Notes under the pieces: model-generated
Told to the model about the DNA's origin: nothing
The model's database searches: none
The model's input: only the letters and a program-made list of their open reading frames with translations
Part shown: one piece after another, positions 25,600 through 40,006 of the stretch
Position numbering within the stretch: the stretch's first letter is position 1
Layout: each line of letters begins with the position of its first letter
Assembly: GCA_000320545.1 (NCBI GenBank)
Contig: ADNK01000423.1
Location: 62,001 to 126,000 of the forward strand
Length of the DNA: 64,000 nucleotides
Direction of reading: 5' to 3'
Origin: Bigelowiella natans CCMP2755
Lineage: Eukaryota > Protista > Cercozoa
Translations under genes and position numbers: made by a program

Positions 25600-26950
25600 T
25601 TAGTGCATCCATCAACAATGTGGCTTAGTGACAACAACTTTGACAAATTTGATGATCGATGAATGTATTAGTACTGTGCATCTAGTACACACATCCGCTT
25701 AAACCATAGCTTTCAATCCCAGACAGATGCTAACTGATGAATGCAGCACAATGTTTCCCTTCACTAGTTAACTAACCCTTCAAGCGAGTGGGTGCATGTA
25801 GGCCTAGACGTAAAGCTCACGCATAATTATATTCTAGTATTAGCTAGCGGATGCTAGGTTGTGCTCTAGCGGTTGGATTCATGCAGCTGTTACATTGTGA
25901 CTTTATCTAGTTATTTTACGCAACGACGCGACGAAAATCTAGAAAAATGTCAGGGTCTAGCTAGCTAGACCTCTCACACTCATCATTGTCACAATCATCA
26001 CTTCTCTAGCTCTACTAGTCTAGAGCTGCTCGAACCCTAATAATTAATGCTAGTAGAGATCTCGCTCTAGCAGATCGCTAGACATGTCGCTCCAAACTAG
26101 CAACGCTCTAGCGCTGAACATATGAAAGCTCTACAGCTAGTAGAAGTCGCGAGCTAGCAATGTGCTTCAACTAGTCAATGCTATTTACGAACTGAGCAAC
26201 GACGAACAGCTAGACAGGTCTACATAGACGTACATCTGCAAAGATGTCGCTGGCTCTAAAGCAAGCTATCGCTCATGGGCGCTAGGGCGCATGTACGATG
26301 TATGTAGCTCTAGAGCTACTATAACTGCGATGCTAAGGCATGCCACCTACGTTGCCAACACAGCTTGATTACTAAATTACATTCTAGCATTACTAGCTAG
26401 CTAACGCTACTTGTTACACAGCTACGATACTCGATCTAGGGCTAGCTAGCTAGATAGACAGACTAGCAGCGCCTTCGCGGTATGCACGTTGCGGTAACAA
26501 TGCATCTACTAGCTAGCTATTCTAGTTCTAGTATTTAGGCAGTGAAATTGCGTAAATCAATGTCGGCTAAGAAGATCTAGAGATGTACGTAGACTGGTTA
26601 CGACGAATAGCGCTAGACGTATACGTACTAGTAGATACTGCGATGTAACGTAACGATGCATTATGTAGCGTGCGCTTACTTTTACGCCGATCACCAGCTT
26701 GCTAGCTGACGTCGGCAAGCTGCTTGTGGTACCACAACTGCGTGGGCATTTCTAGAATACAATTGTAGAACGTACTGAATTTGCATGCTTTGCATGCAAT
26801 TTGTCACAGTATGTGGCATTTGGCTCATCATGTGAGCTAGCATGCTTTGGTTGTGCCGTATGGGCAAGTATCTAGTGCATATAGTAACTAACCCTAGATC
26901 CACTCACTCACTGGGGTTGAAGTGTCATCAAAGCTGCAATTTACTTAGTG
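25600..26950. repeat. CTAG/AGCT-rich degenerate intergenic island between convergent eRF3 and ARP6
   Basis: Dozens of ctag, gctagc and tctaga words and ctagctagctag runs; no coding signal. Confidence 0.55.
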
Positions 26951-27008
26951 CGAAACACAATAGTACCACATCGAAAACACATGCTCATCCATGTTAGATA
27001 GGCATTGA

Positions 27009-29622
27009 TCAAGCATACCAGTAAAACTTTCTTTTACAAGCGTCTGGGCCATACTCTTCATATGTTTTCTTGGATAAACTATAATTCGAGTATGCACCAC
27101 TTTTCACCATCATTGATCCGCCCTGAAGATATAGGAAGAAATTAGGGTTGAGAGAATCTTCAATTTACGTTTTTAAGATATTGATTTTAATCTTTGAAAT
27201 ACAACTTTCCATGCGCACAAACTTGGATCAACACCACTCCCCGCGGATCGGATGTTTATTTCCCAATCGCTTGGTACTTGCGCTCTTAAATCTTGTCTCA
27301 AACGCTTCTGGAAATTACTGTTTGCATCAAAAAAAAAGTTGTGAGCCGAAAATCAAATACTGTGACTTTTAAATTGTGTAGTGCTACGAACATTTTCTGC
27401 TCGATTAGTATTGAGAAAAACAGAAAATAATTATTGCTACTTATTCAGTTTGCGAAGGAACAAGTACACAAAGAGAAACCCTCAATCATAATCATACGAT
27501 GATTCCACTCATACAATCGTTAATTTACTGCTTTCTACTTATTACGGGAATTTTGTCGATCCCCCAATTAGAACGATATTTTTGTACAAGAGGGCTTGGA
27601 TATCAGGATGGCATGCTTTTACACTTTGCGTAATCGCTTCAGCGATGCCCCCTTGCTTAATGCCGATCATACTTGGCGAAAACAAAAGCTCAGGAACCGT
27701 GATACGCTCATTTGAGAGAGTTAATATTTGATCGTCTAAACAAAATGGAATTATTGGACAATTGGTAACCTAGTAAGTTGTCTCATCCGAGAAAATCATT
27801 CCGATCCATCAGCATCATCATCATCATCATCATCAGAAACAACATCATCATTCTAATTTAGATGCTTCTACCATCTGTAGTTTTCGAATCTTCAGTCTTG
27901 ATATAACCCAATGTTTTCCCATCAACATGAGTTGGAAGCACATATTCAAGTCGGTATGGATTCTTTTTCTTGGAAAGCTTTGCTTTGACCAAATCAACCT
28001 GTCGATAATAATAATAATATTATCATTATTATTATCATAATAATGCGTACAATATTTATTTTAGTTGACTGAGTTTACCACAAATTCAAACAACAATGAT
28101 GAAGACGACAACGATTTCCAGAATGCGAACAAGTAATAAATGCATAACATGGTAAAATTCGACTGGATGTGGCTACGGGTGTCTCTAGTCAATGAAATCA
28201 CCATTTATTTCCTACTATCTATCTATTTCCATACATACCTGAAAATCTGTTGATGTGAAACACACTTTTTCCTTTACATGATTTATCAGATGCGTTTCGT
28301 CCATCATACTAAATGCACGATACGATATGACTTCCTGATGATAGTAGTAGTAAACAATTTTTGAATTAGTATTGATTCATTTGTGAAAACTAGCTTTATG
28401 CTTTGTACTTAATACCTTGAGATAATTCGTGAGCAATTTCCCACCCACGCTTACTCTTTTGATGGCATGATTAATAGGAGCTTCCTCCATAAAAGGTACC
28501 ACGTGGGAGAATGAATACCCAACATCCACCACCACACTATACGTCTCGGACAACATGCCGGCACCACCCTTTTCCAGTTATTTGTAATGATAATAATAAA
28601 AATTATATGTGTCATGGGAAAGAAGACTTTTTAGAAAGAATACGATTCCTTCTCATTCAGAATAATTATCATCGTGAAGAACCTTGTTCGCAAGTGCGGA
28701 GTTTGCGTAATAAAGAGCCATGGAAGGGGCAGGAAGTCGAGCATAGTTTTGAAATTGATACTTCTCAAAGACAATTTCATCCATACTGCGGGATAACGAC
28801 CGCAAATTGCACACAGGCTCGGAAACCAATAAATCGCTCTCAGATGGATTAATCTATGTGATGATAACAAATAGTTGTTAGTGTTTACGAGTAGCCTGTT
28901 GCAGTCACTCGCGCGCACGTACATACATAAAATATGAGGTAGTTCCATACGAAAAATAATGCATAACGTACATACATTTACATCATATAATTTGTATCGT
29001 CGTAAATGTGTCAAGTTGCTTCTTCTACTACTACCTTGAGAACATGCTTATATACTCGATCCCATATTTCGCATTGAATATCCCAGTTTGTTGTGTATCC
29101 CTGGTGAATAATAATCGAACAAAAAGAGGAGGAGGAGGAGGAGGAGGAGAAGGAGGAGGAGGAGGAGGAGAAAGTTATTGAGAGGAAGAAGACAACTTGG
29201 GAAGGGAGGGAGCATTCACTCTGATAAAGAATCTTCAGTAAGATAATTTATCACGTTGCATATAGTAGTACCCTCTCGCACGGCCTTTTGTAAATTACTT
29301 GAGATAAATCAAGGATGTCGTCAATTTGATCAGCCTGCAGTGCAACAGATTAGTAACAAGCGATCATTTCTCCCATCATGCCTTCAAGGTAATTCTATAT
29401 GGAGCAGTACCAAGAAAAAACGTCTTTCTCGCTTTGGCTTCACTGCACAATTAGGAAGGACCCTGTAAAAAAGTAACTTTACCGACAAAAGAAGCTTACA
29501 TTTTCATGGTGGCAATATTGACTGATGACCAATAACCTTAGCGGTTGATCTTGCCCTCCAATACCTGCCTTACAGGTATACCCACCGTTATCCAGCACCA
29601 CCACCTGGCGGTTGGTTGACAT
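27009..29622 (-). CDS. ARP6: Actin-related protein 6 (SWR1 complex; multi-exon)
   Basis: MSTNRQVVVLDNGGYTCKAG, PNCAVKPK, RPCER/GYTTNWDIQCEIWD, FSHVVPF...AIKRVSVGGKLLTNYLK/EVISYRAFSMMDETHLINHVKEKVCF, RITVPELLFSPSMIGIKQGGIAEAI, C-terminal YEEYG. Confidence 0.88.
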
Positions 29623-29975
29623 TCCTACTACACGTGCACAATGGTGTCTGTGATCTCTTCGATGACCAGAGGAGAGCAAGCTGAGCGCCCGAAGCAGCAA
29701 TACCGATTTATTATTAACCGTAAATTTTACATAAAATAATAATGCGGATACCGCCCGATCCTCCTCGCACTTTTGCATGATTCAGCATCACTCTTCAGCA
29801 TAGCTCTTAGTAATCCCGGCGAAATTATTGATATTGTAATATGAACGAGTATTTTTCCTAAAATACTTGGATAAAGGTTCTTTGATGAAATAAAGCCCTA
29901 TATCTGTTTTAGACCAAAAGTCTGAAAAATCAACAGAAGGAGCTCCGGGCCGTGGGCAAAAAATTCACGTCTACG

Positions 29976-30663
29976 ATGAAGCTCGTCAAGTAAGCAATTG
30001 CACCCTCAGCATTATTAATGGTGGGGAAGTGGGAATTCAAATTTTGCAGCTTAACAGTTACTTTGGCTTTAGGTTTTTAATGCGTCTCAACAATGAGACT
30101 GTCACCGTTGAGCTAAAAAATGGAACGGTTGTGCAAGGCACAATTTCTGGTATTACTATCTAACCATCGTTCTCTTTTCAAGCCACTTATCTGCGTTCTC
30201 CTAGTTCTTCGTTGTAACTATAATTATAGTCACCTACATCACCGCATCTGAATAAGCAGCCATTTGATAGATTATTTCAATATCTCCAGGTGTAGACATG
30301 AGTATGAACACCCATCTGAAGATTGTGAAAATGACACTGAAGGGCAAGGTATTTGATTTTAATTGTATCGGCTTGCTGCAATTTTGAATATTTACGATTT
30401 CTTTTACTGTGTAAAGAATAATATAAATAATCGTTCATTTATTATTACAGAATCCTGTTCACTTGGACACTCTCAGCATTCGTGGAAATAATATCCGCTA
30501 CTTCATCCTTCCTGATAGTCTAAACTTAGATGCTTTACTCGTGGAAGAAGTAAAGAAAAAGACAACATCTACCCGCAGTGGGCGCGGTGGGCGAGGCCGG
30601 GGACGTGGGAGAGGGCGCAGAGGCAGGGGACGTGGAAGAGGAAGGGGAAGGAGGAGAATGTAG
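29976..30663 (+). CDS. SMD1: Small nuclear ribonucleoprotein Sm D1 (4 exons)
   Basis: [41 protein letters not shown]...[27 protein letters not shown] plus RG-repeat tail. Confidence 0.97.
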
Positions 30664-31099
30664 AAATTTGTGTAGTGATCAAGATGCAAGCCAAGTGCTT
30701 ACATTGGACTTTATACAATGTTGCATCTTTTTCAGAAATATATTGTGTAATTTAAGTTCAGCGATATCTTGCATAGATATGGCTTCTTGACAACCACCGC
30801 CCAGATATGTACTGAAGGCTTTAATCGTTTTCTTCCGACCCATCTGATAACAGCGACTGTTGCTAGTGTGAAAATCTACGGTAGAAGTCAACCGACCTAC
30901 AGAGACATAGGCACATGATTTAAAATTGGTAGAATCACTTCGAATTGTCAGAATATCAATACAATGCTAAATGCATGATTAGATTTCGTTGGCTACGAAT
31001 CTTGTCATCCAACTTCTCATTGCGTTAGTTAGAAACACAACGGCATTAATCTAAACGAATGCACATCTCACTGTGTGCATCGCTGTGTTTTCATTGCAA

Positions 31100-32230
31100 A
31101 CCACCACATCATTTGCTGCGTAGCTAGGTATTTAAGAAGCACAGCACTAGTAGCTAGAGCATGTAGATGGAGAATCATGTGCCATGCAATTTTGCCATAC
31201 ACGTTTTGATGGAAAAGTTGCACGCAAGTCGCGCGTGACGACTCGCTGCACCCATGTTACATATATGCACATGCTAGATATACTTGCTGGTACTAGGCTA
31301 GACTGGCCATGTGCTAGTGTGCTAGTATGCTAGTATGTACAAGCATGCCAGAACTATAGTATGCTGGCTGGCAACACTAGAACACTGAAATGTTGCAAGC
31401 TATATACGTGACACCACTGACACCACTAGTAGTAGATCACACGCTGGCGGCAATCTAGCAATGCAAGTCGTGTGCGTAAGATCGACGGATGTAATGAATC
31501 AAATTAAAATTGCTAGATTGTTCAATAAGCGTCATCCTCGATCATGTCTAGATGTCAAGATGTTTATGTACAAACAGACACAATTTGAGCGCTGTAGCCG
31601 CTACATTGCACAGCTACATCAGGATGACCATTGAAAAAATTTAAATCTTTCATTACATCCGTCTCACAGATGTAGCTGCATGCAATATGCAGCAGCGTGT
31701 GCTCGCCGTAATGCAATTCTAGCAGATTTGCTGAAGTCAAGGATGTCCTGGCATGTGCATCGCATGAGCATGCATGTACGTAGCACGCAGCACGTTAGTG
31801 CTCTAAGTAGTAGCTGCGCGGTGTGACGTTTCTTTTCTAATTTTGTTTAGCAGTGTTATTAGAGTGTGGCGTAGCTTTATAGCTTTGTCGCCTCGGTTCG
31901 GTACGGTGCTAGCGGTGGTTCGTGATGGTATTCAGATACGTATATGTGGGGCAAAAATTCATAAATTCGAGACAAACATTAGCGCTGTAGCCGCTCTAGC
32001 GCTGCATTGCACAGCTACATATAAGGATGACCATTGAACAAATTTAATTGATTAATTACATCCGTCTTACATTCGATTCCTGCACGTACATGCATGACAC
32101 GATGACTCTTGTAGCGATTACACCACACACATGCATGCCATGTGCGATCCGGCCTATCTAGATCGGCCATATATCTTTGCAGATGGCTTGTCATGCGATG
32201 AAGATCACCATGCAGCGCAGATGACATCGA
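31100..32230. mobile_element. Degenerate repeat/transposon remnant island with direct and inverted copies of an ~80-nt element ending ...TTACATCCGTCTTACA
   Basis: Direct copies 31588-31668 and 31981-32071, inverted partial copies 31476-31538 and from ~31669; the same element occurs at 17477-17556. No transposase seen. Confidence 0.6.
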
Positions 32231-32237
32231 ACTGAAA

Positions 32238-34516
32238 TCACTGCGAGTATCGTGCTTTGAGCGTTAGGTTAAGCCTTGCCTCCGTTCCCCAGCGAGTGCT
32301 CAATGCCATCCTTGTAACACTGTCCGTGTTTCCATATGAGGAATGTAATGCTTGCCTGCAAACATATGAATAACGTTGCTCATGTTATATCTTTTGCGGC
32401 TTCATCTGCATATACATCATGCCGTTGCAACTAGAACACTTTGTAAAACGCACACAGACAAATAACCTGTGAAAAATAACTGCATCGCCTTCTTCGAGAT
32501 TCCATTGTAGGACAGGAAAATAATGCTCGAATTCTTCCTGTAGAATGCTGGTGGTGATTGAATGAGGACGATCGCTTTTTAGTAACAATTACCTTTCCTA
32601 ACGCATCTTCTATGAGTTCAAGTGCGAAAGATGCTACTATCCCTTCCTGCTCAACCAGAGACTTGCAACAAAAATCATTAATTATCCGAAGATGATATAT
32701 TTCTGGGCAGCTGATGTTCAAGTTGATGAAAATCAAAAGATAGTGACAAAGATAGAAGAGCATACTAATCGATCTGAGAGCGGCAAAGCCTTCCTTAGAT
32801 TTTCCCTCCAGCTGTGCGTTGCAAAAAATAAGCACGTAAATAAAACAATTGGCTCGAGGTAATTCATCAAGTTCTACTGAAGTAAAAACTTACTTATGCC
32901 CTAAGACAGCACGAGCAACATTCTCCTGCAATTGTCCTCCCAAGCTTCCAACATTCTGCGAGACGTATTGTCAGCACTAGCCATCAAATAGATTTTGAAT
33001 AGGCTTAAGTTGCTTTAAATTGCCCCACCTCCCAACTGTGAGAATTGCTCAATATCCTAATACTGTCATTTTCCTTCACTGATCCCAAGGGAATCCAGAT
33101 GTTTATCATTCTCCTGGACTTTTTATGATACGTTGCTGCTGCTGAAACGTCTCTATTATTCACCATTCTTTCTGAGACTGAATGATTTCGTCGTGGCGAG
33201 AATTTCTCTGTGTAAATATCTCTGTGCCACTCGGTCCTCTCTGTGCATTGGACTCCTTTAACAAATAGATCGTCTGAATTATGTAAAACAATATTGGTGT
33301 ATATGGCAAGCAGAAACTCTTTTAGAGGTGAAAGTCCAAAAAAATGCAAGAAGGCTAAATTTCGTTAAGGTAGGTGCTCTTATAATAAATAAAGGATATC
33401 ATCCTGACAAGAGGATTAACACACACCTGAATGGAAAGCTACCATATCTCCTGGTTCAGCTAGAAGCGAGGCTGCCAATGCACTCAGTTCATTCGATCGA
33501 ACATGATTTAACAGTTCTTTGCTAGAACTAAATGGGGAACAAAACATAGATGGATATTAGAATCAATAGTTTGAGAAGAATTCTCGGCTTTATCGGTTTT
33601 ACATGTGGTTAAATTACCTGGTCTGCAGTGTAAATTGAAGAAATTTCGATTGCAAGTTCGTATCACATCTTCCATCGACAAAACCAACCTGAATGCATTT
33701 GTAGTGTACTCCTGATTTCTAATTCTGCTATTTTTATATCATTATTTCTGTTCATCAATGCTACCGACACTCCATTTCCATTTTCAACAATCTTTTCTCC
33801 CGCTTTCCTCAGATCTCGGATCAAATCTCGATCGAACACCCCTAGCATCATAACCATTCTTTATTTGAACGACGGCTTCCTCCTCCGTAAATCGCTTGCA
33901 ACGTCAATATGTGTGTCACCATAAATACGCACATATATGTCGCCGTTCTAGATACCATCTCGTACTTAATTCTAAGGACTGGTGCAGACGCATCGTTCAT
34001 CTCCAGATATAATCATTAACCTGATATCTTGACAGCGCCATCACGATCAAGGATCTTGACTAACTCCTTTCTGCGAACCAGTCCTCCGAAGATCTAATTT
34101 ATGTAATTTATATATATCTGCAGTGCCCACGTTCACACATACATACATACTTTCGTCATCATCAATGTATGATTATTGAGACTGTTTTTATTTAGGATTG
34201 TGTTTTGCAGCAGCCGCACCGAGATTCCAACATGCTCTTCGGTTGGATACAAGCCACCATTCTCTCTCGGTAAAGATGGTAAGGGCGGTGATGACGATGA
34301 TGATACTAGAGCGGATGAAATTTTCCACTTCCTACTGCTTCGTCGCAAATTATTATCCCTTCTCCGAATCCAATTGCTCCTACGTACAGCAACAGATCTT
34401 CGGTAGTCATATTTCTGAGACCCTGATGATGGTCTTTGGACAATTGTCGCCTTTTCGCGAGGGTGGAAGAAGAAGAAGAGGCAAAAGAATATAAAAAGCA
34501 ATGTCCTGGCCGTCAT
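32238..34516 (-). CDS. Phytanoyl-CoA dioxygenase (PhyH)-family 2OG-Fe(II) oxygenase with N-terminal signal + transit-like leader
   Basis: ILDRDGAVKISGVFD, TEWHRD (HxD), INIWIPL, WNLEEGDAVIFH/RQALHSSYGNTDSVTRMALSTRW; leader MTARTLLFIFFCLFFFFH followed by an R/S-rich stretch. Confidence 0.78.
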
Positions 34517-35238
34517 GAAGGAAGCGATAGGTTTCTCCGTAGTGATTTGCTGCTGCTGCTGCTGCTGCTACATCCTGCTCCTCCTCCTCATCACCAACCT
34601 CATCGTCATCTATCTCCCCCCTTCAACAACAGATACTAGATCTAGTAGTCGGTATCATAAGTTTAAAATTTGGGCAGCTAGATCTACTTCCTATTTATAA
34701 CTAGAACTATGAATCTTCTGCGACAACATGAATCAGTTGTCGTAAAGTTATAAACCCCCTCCATTCTTCTAAAATTCACCATAATCAACTAAACAGCTAG
34801 CAGGCTGCTGCCTCGCTTTACTCGTAACGCCCTCGTCCACTTCACTTATCACCATCATCATCAGTACCTTCTTCTTCTTCAAAGCAAGTAGGATTCATTT
34901 CAACTTCTCGCTGATTATGTGCAGAGGATAAGATCCTTTCTGTTTGAAAGATTCTCATTTAAATTGTTGAATGGTGCAAGAACTACATGCATTGTCACAC
35001 AACCAACTCAGTGCCGCATGCAACATACTATCTCTCGTCAACGTGCCTGTAAACCTAGAAACGTTGCATGGTCAACATTTTTGGCGGTAATGCATTTTAT
35101 TCTCAGTAATGCACTACTGACTAGCTATTATTGAGTCATACTGAAAAGTAATACACATGAAACGGTGTCCACTGTGTTGGTTTGCTATTATTTACCTCGA
35201 TCAAGGCTCTTTTTTGGAGATATAATAGTCCATGAATC

Positions 35239-36038
35239 ATGAAGAAGCTCAAATTACCGCTAACCCGTAAACCCAAGAAGCTTTCCGTTCAATTCGACTG
35301 TGGGTTCAACTTAACTTGCCTATAACTCCCTTTCTGCCGCAACCCCTGATCTTCCACAACTTTTTGCCTCTTAATTACGTTGTTGGTCATGAATAATTAG
35401 TTTCCAGCGTTGGGAAGAATCTTCTGACAACTGAGAAGGTAATAGGCACATGTTCTTGGTTCCGCCACCGAATATTATCATTGATTGAATTCGATATACA
35501 CGCTCAAATTCAAACGTGGTTAAACCACAAAGAGAGTGAGAAAGGCCATAATACTCTCTTGCCCTTTCTTCGATACTACACATACATACAGACACATAGA
35601 CATGCAGTACATATACAAATATAACAACACATTAAATATAAATAATTGTATGAATAATATGTGCAACATAGGTGCTCGAAGATAGGGTGAAAGAGTATGA
35701 GCGGCTTAAAGAAGGTGGGATATGCAGTATATGTTTACGCTTTTTCCTTTCTTGAGCTATTTGCACGCTATATCAAAATTAATTATTAAATGCGTTGGAC
35801 TTAACGGCGATGACTTTCAATGAATCCACACAAAGAATCAAACTTTGTAACAGAATTTAAGTCTCTTGCACACTAGTCTCCTTTCAAGCAAGAGGTATAA
35901 CTGATAATAACATCATCAGAATGTCGCCAGCCGCAACAGATGCTAGATTTAGCTCTGAAAACGCTGGCATTGGCGCAACTTGTGGCAGAGGATATGGGGG
36001 CAGACATTATCACGGACGCGCATTGCAGGTAATACCAG

Positions 36039-36070
<32 letters not shown>

Positions 36071-36138
36071 GTAACCTGTATCTTACTTTTGTCAGCAGAG
36101 AAAGAGATGACTCTATATGTAGCGTAATATGTTGCTAA

Positions 36139-36198
<60 letters not shown>

Positions 36199-36947
36199 TT
36201 CCACATCGAATGGTTCATCATCATCATCACCATCATCATCATCACAGGGTCTCAGAGTCATATTTACTTGGCGGAATGCACACCCAGGCCATGCAACATG
36301 CTTTCGAGGTGTTAATAATGCTAATGACGTATGATCAGTAAATATAGATATATAAATTATATTCTATCATTAGCAGTAATAACTTCCTTCGTTAATGAGG
36401 AGGAGGACCAATAGATGTTACCACCACCACCACCACCCATTATAACGTATTACTTTCATAACACGTATTCTTGTTATTATATGCAAACTTTAGGGAATAA
36501 CCCGTGCTAAACACTCTAAACGCGACCCCCCTCCAAAGGTAGTAGTAGCTGTAAGAACAATGGTAGTAGTAGTCGTTGTCGTCGTTATAGCCGTGTTTGT
36601 TCCATCTTATATTTGTCACCGTCGTCGTTGTCATCATTATCTTCATCATCACCATCATCATCGCAGTTATCACATATTATATCTATTGCCTCGTCTCATC
36701 TTCTAGCATTAACTCAAATCTAATGTCTTCCATATAGTAGTAGTAGTAGTAGTGATGGTAGTAGTAGTAGTAGCAGTAGAGATACCTGCTGCTGTTGTTA
36801 CTGTTGATCTTAAATAAAGTTGTTGTTGTTGTTGCAAATTGGGACCTGCTGCTAGGTGTTGATGTGCCTTGGAAGAGCATATATGGCTTCAGGAAATATT
36901 CGGCGTGCTCATGTACTACAACTAGTAAATAGTCGGCATGCATGTAA

Positions 36948-36979
<32 letters not shown>

Positions 36980-37738
36980 ATTGAAGTAGAAGTTGAAGCA
37001 ATAGCAGTAGTAGTAATAGCAGCAGTAACATTCTTCTTAGGAAGCTCAAACAGTTTATAGTCTCCTGCCATCAATCAATGACCCCATGGGGTTTTTCGTC
37101 TGAACTGCAATTGGTATCGTCGTACTAATGTTACTATATTAGGAGCTGTTTGGTGAAGCTCTTTTAGCTGTAAGAGAGCACCATGGACCAGAAGCTATAG
37201 ATCAGTGCGAAGTCAGTAACTACTAACCAACAACTGTATTATTATAATCATTAATGCTAAGAGAGACTGCCTTGCCTGCCCAATGATTACCCAACACCCA
37301 CAATGTGTGAAATAGTAGTAGTAGTAGTAGTAGTAGTAAACGGCTAGTAAAGTAGCAATTGTTGTAGAAGAACGTGGATATGTATTTCCTTCTATATTTC
37401 ATTTTAATCATATTGCATTGATATTCCTTATTTTTTTTGGAATATCCTCCTCCTCCTCCTCCTCCTCCTCCTCCTCCCATGGATCATCAGGTTTTGTGTG
37501 AAATGGCGGAAGCATACTGGCGAGAGGAGAAGCAAAACAAGAGCATTGACACGCTCATCGGTATTATCTTCGTCCTCATCCTCCTCAGTTTCCCTTATTA
37601 ATCTTTTATTGGGGATCTGCGTACAAAGTATCCATTCGTTTTGTTAATGCCCAATCATTGTCTTCCTTCTCCCCCTTTGCTTCTACCTAGATGTCTGGAC
37701 ATTGCAAGAGGCAAAATTTGGCTCAAACGTATGGAAGG

Positions 37739-37787
<49 letters not shown>

Positions 37788-38805
37788 GATGATGAGTGGT
37801 ATAATGAGTAGGGAAAGGGAGGAGGAGGAAGAGAAATAATTATACAGTAGTTTCTCATCGATTGGTGTAGTACCAGCCTATAACTTTCTTATAAGGAAGA
37901 TAAGGGACTACTACAACAACAACAACACCACAACATCGCTCAATCGCTTGTGAATCAAATTTGATGAACAAGAACAGTCAACTGTCAAGCCCAACTAGCC
38001 AACTATGTGCTTCTCCCCATCGTATTATGTGCTAATAATAGTTACAATAATGATAGTCGGTGTGATATTACGATGATTGTTACTGGGTTGGTCCTACTTG
38101 ATGACTGACTGACTGACTGAGTCCCTCCCTCCCTCCTCACAGGCCCCAGAGCTTATTCCGACATATTTGCACTTGGGACAAGCTTATTGCAAAAGAAATG
38201 AATACGATCGTGCCTCGGTTATATTTTGTTATTGTTGTTATCATCATCATCATCATCATCATCATCATGAACATAAGTAACAACAACAACAACAACATAA
38301 ATTAGCGACCTTATGATGAATTTGTCGTATTATTCAAACGATATCATGAACAACTACGATGATTCTTTATTTTCCATCTTAAAGGATCATTTACTCCGTG
38401 CTGTGAGAATATCACGAGAAAGTGGCCATGAAGAAGAAGGGTTAACGAAGGTTGTTCAAGATTCACTATACGTTTGCTTGTTTAGTACTTCGTATTTCAC
38501 AGAGAAAATATCTTCGATTCTATTATTGATGATTGACGATGTGATGATGATAAGGGACTGCCGCTATAAATAAAATATTCTACCTCCTGTCATGTTTGCC
38601 TTCTTCTCCTTCTTTTTATTGTTCTCCTCCCCGTTCTTATTGTTCTTCTCCCTCTCCTTATTGTTATTCTCCTTCATATTATTGTTCTTCTTCAGACAAA
38701 AAGCTACGCTCAAGCGTGTGTGTTGCTGGCATCGTGTTATTCCTACGACCAACAGTCAGATGTATGTTTATTTAGAGTTGATCAGAGGGGGGGAGAACAC
38801 GCACA

Positions 38806-38886
<81 letters not shown>

Positions 38887-38910
38887 ACAGAGAAAGAGGG
38901 GAGGGGCAAG

Positions 38911-38951
<41 letters not shown>

Positions 38952-39217
38952 TTGTTTTCTCTGAAGTGACAACATTAACTGCTTACAGCGCAATTTTAAT
39001 GGCGAAAACAACGATGACGAGGACAATATGATAACTGGGAAACCAGGTATATTAAGAAGTACTGCTACTACTACTTCTGATTAATATACCATAAATCAGA
39101 ATATGCATAGGTTGTGCTGAAAAAAGAATAAGCATACATAAAAGGACAAAATATACTGATATGATCATAATTTCAAGCAAAACCAATGATAATGTTGAGG
39201 ATAGAATTAAACAATGC

Positions 39218-39252
<35 letters not shown>

Positions 39253-39743
39253 CTCGAAGAAGGACAGAATCTAGGATGATGATGTTTTCGTCGTAGTAGT
39301 AATGTCCAGTAACATATCCTCCTAAATATAGACGGTTACTGACTAAATGAATAACCATGATGACCCTCCTTTCTGTTACTAGCTTAGAACTTTAGCATTA
39401 TTGATAATGATAATAGCAACCTGTGATCTAAAGGAATTCTTATCATTATTATCAGCATAATCCTTTTCATCATCCTTATTATCATCTGTTTTACTACAAT
39501 GACCTATTATTATTCCCTAGATTATAATCGGGCAATCGAGTACCTTCAATCTGGTTATTATCACCACCACCACCATCAACAATCATCATCATCATCGTCA
39601 TCATCATCATTTCTACTGTTACTACTACATGGATGGGTGAATGAGAGGAGGAGGAGGAAGAGGAAGAGGAGGGGGGAGATAAACGAGGAGTTGAAACAAC
39701 TAAAATTACTATAGATAAGTGAGCAGCAAACAATCGACTTTGC

Positions 39744-39784
<41 letters not shown>

Positions 39785-39974
39785 TGAAAATTGATGGCTA
39801 CCTGCTAACAATTTACTCCTCCTCCTCCTCCTCCTCTTCCTCCTCCTCAAGGCCTAGACACATATAAAGATCTCTATGGACCGTAATATAACTTTCTATT
39901 CACTTCTTCGTTGTCAACTTATGCTAATATTTCTTAACAATTGCTGGCGTGGTATCATACCGCCGATCAATATT

Positions 39975-40006
<32 letters not shown>

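Noticed and set aside
21675-30663. Alternative genetic code or stop-codon readthrough (eRF3 locus)
   Set aside because: All conserved genes translate cleanly in the standard code once introns are removed; TAA, TAG and TGA are all used as stops.
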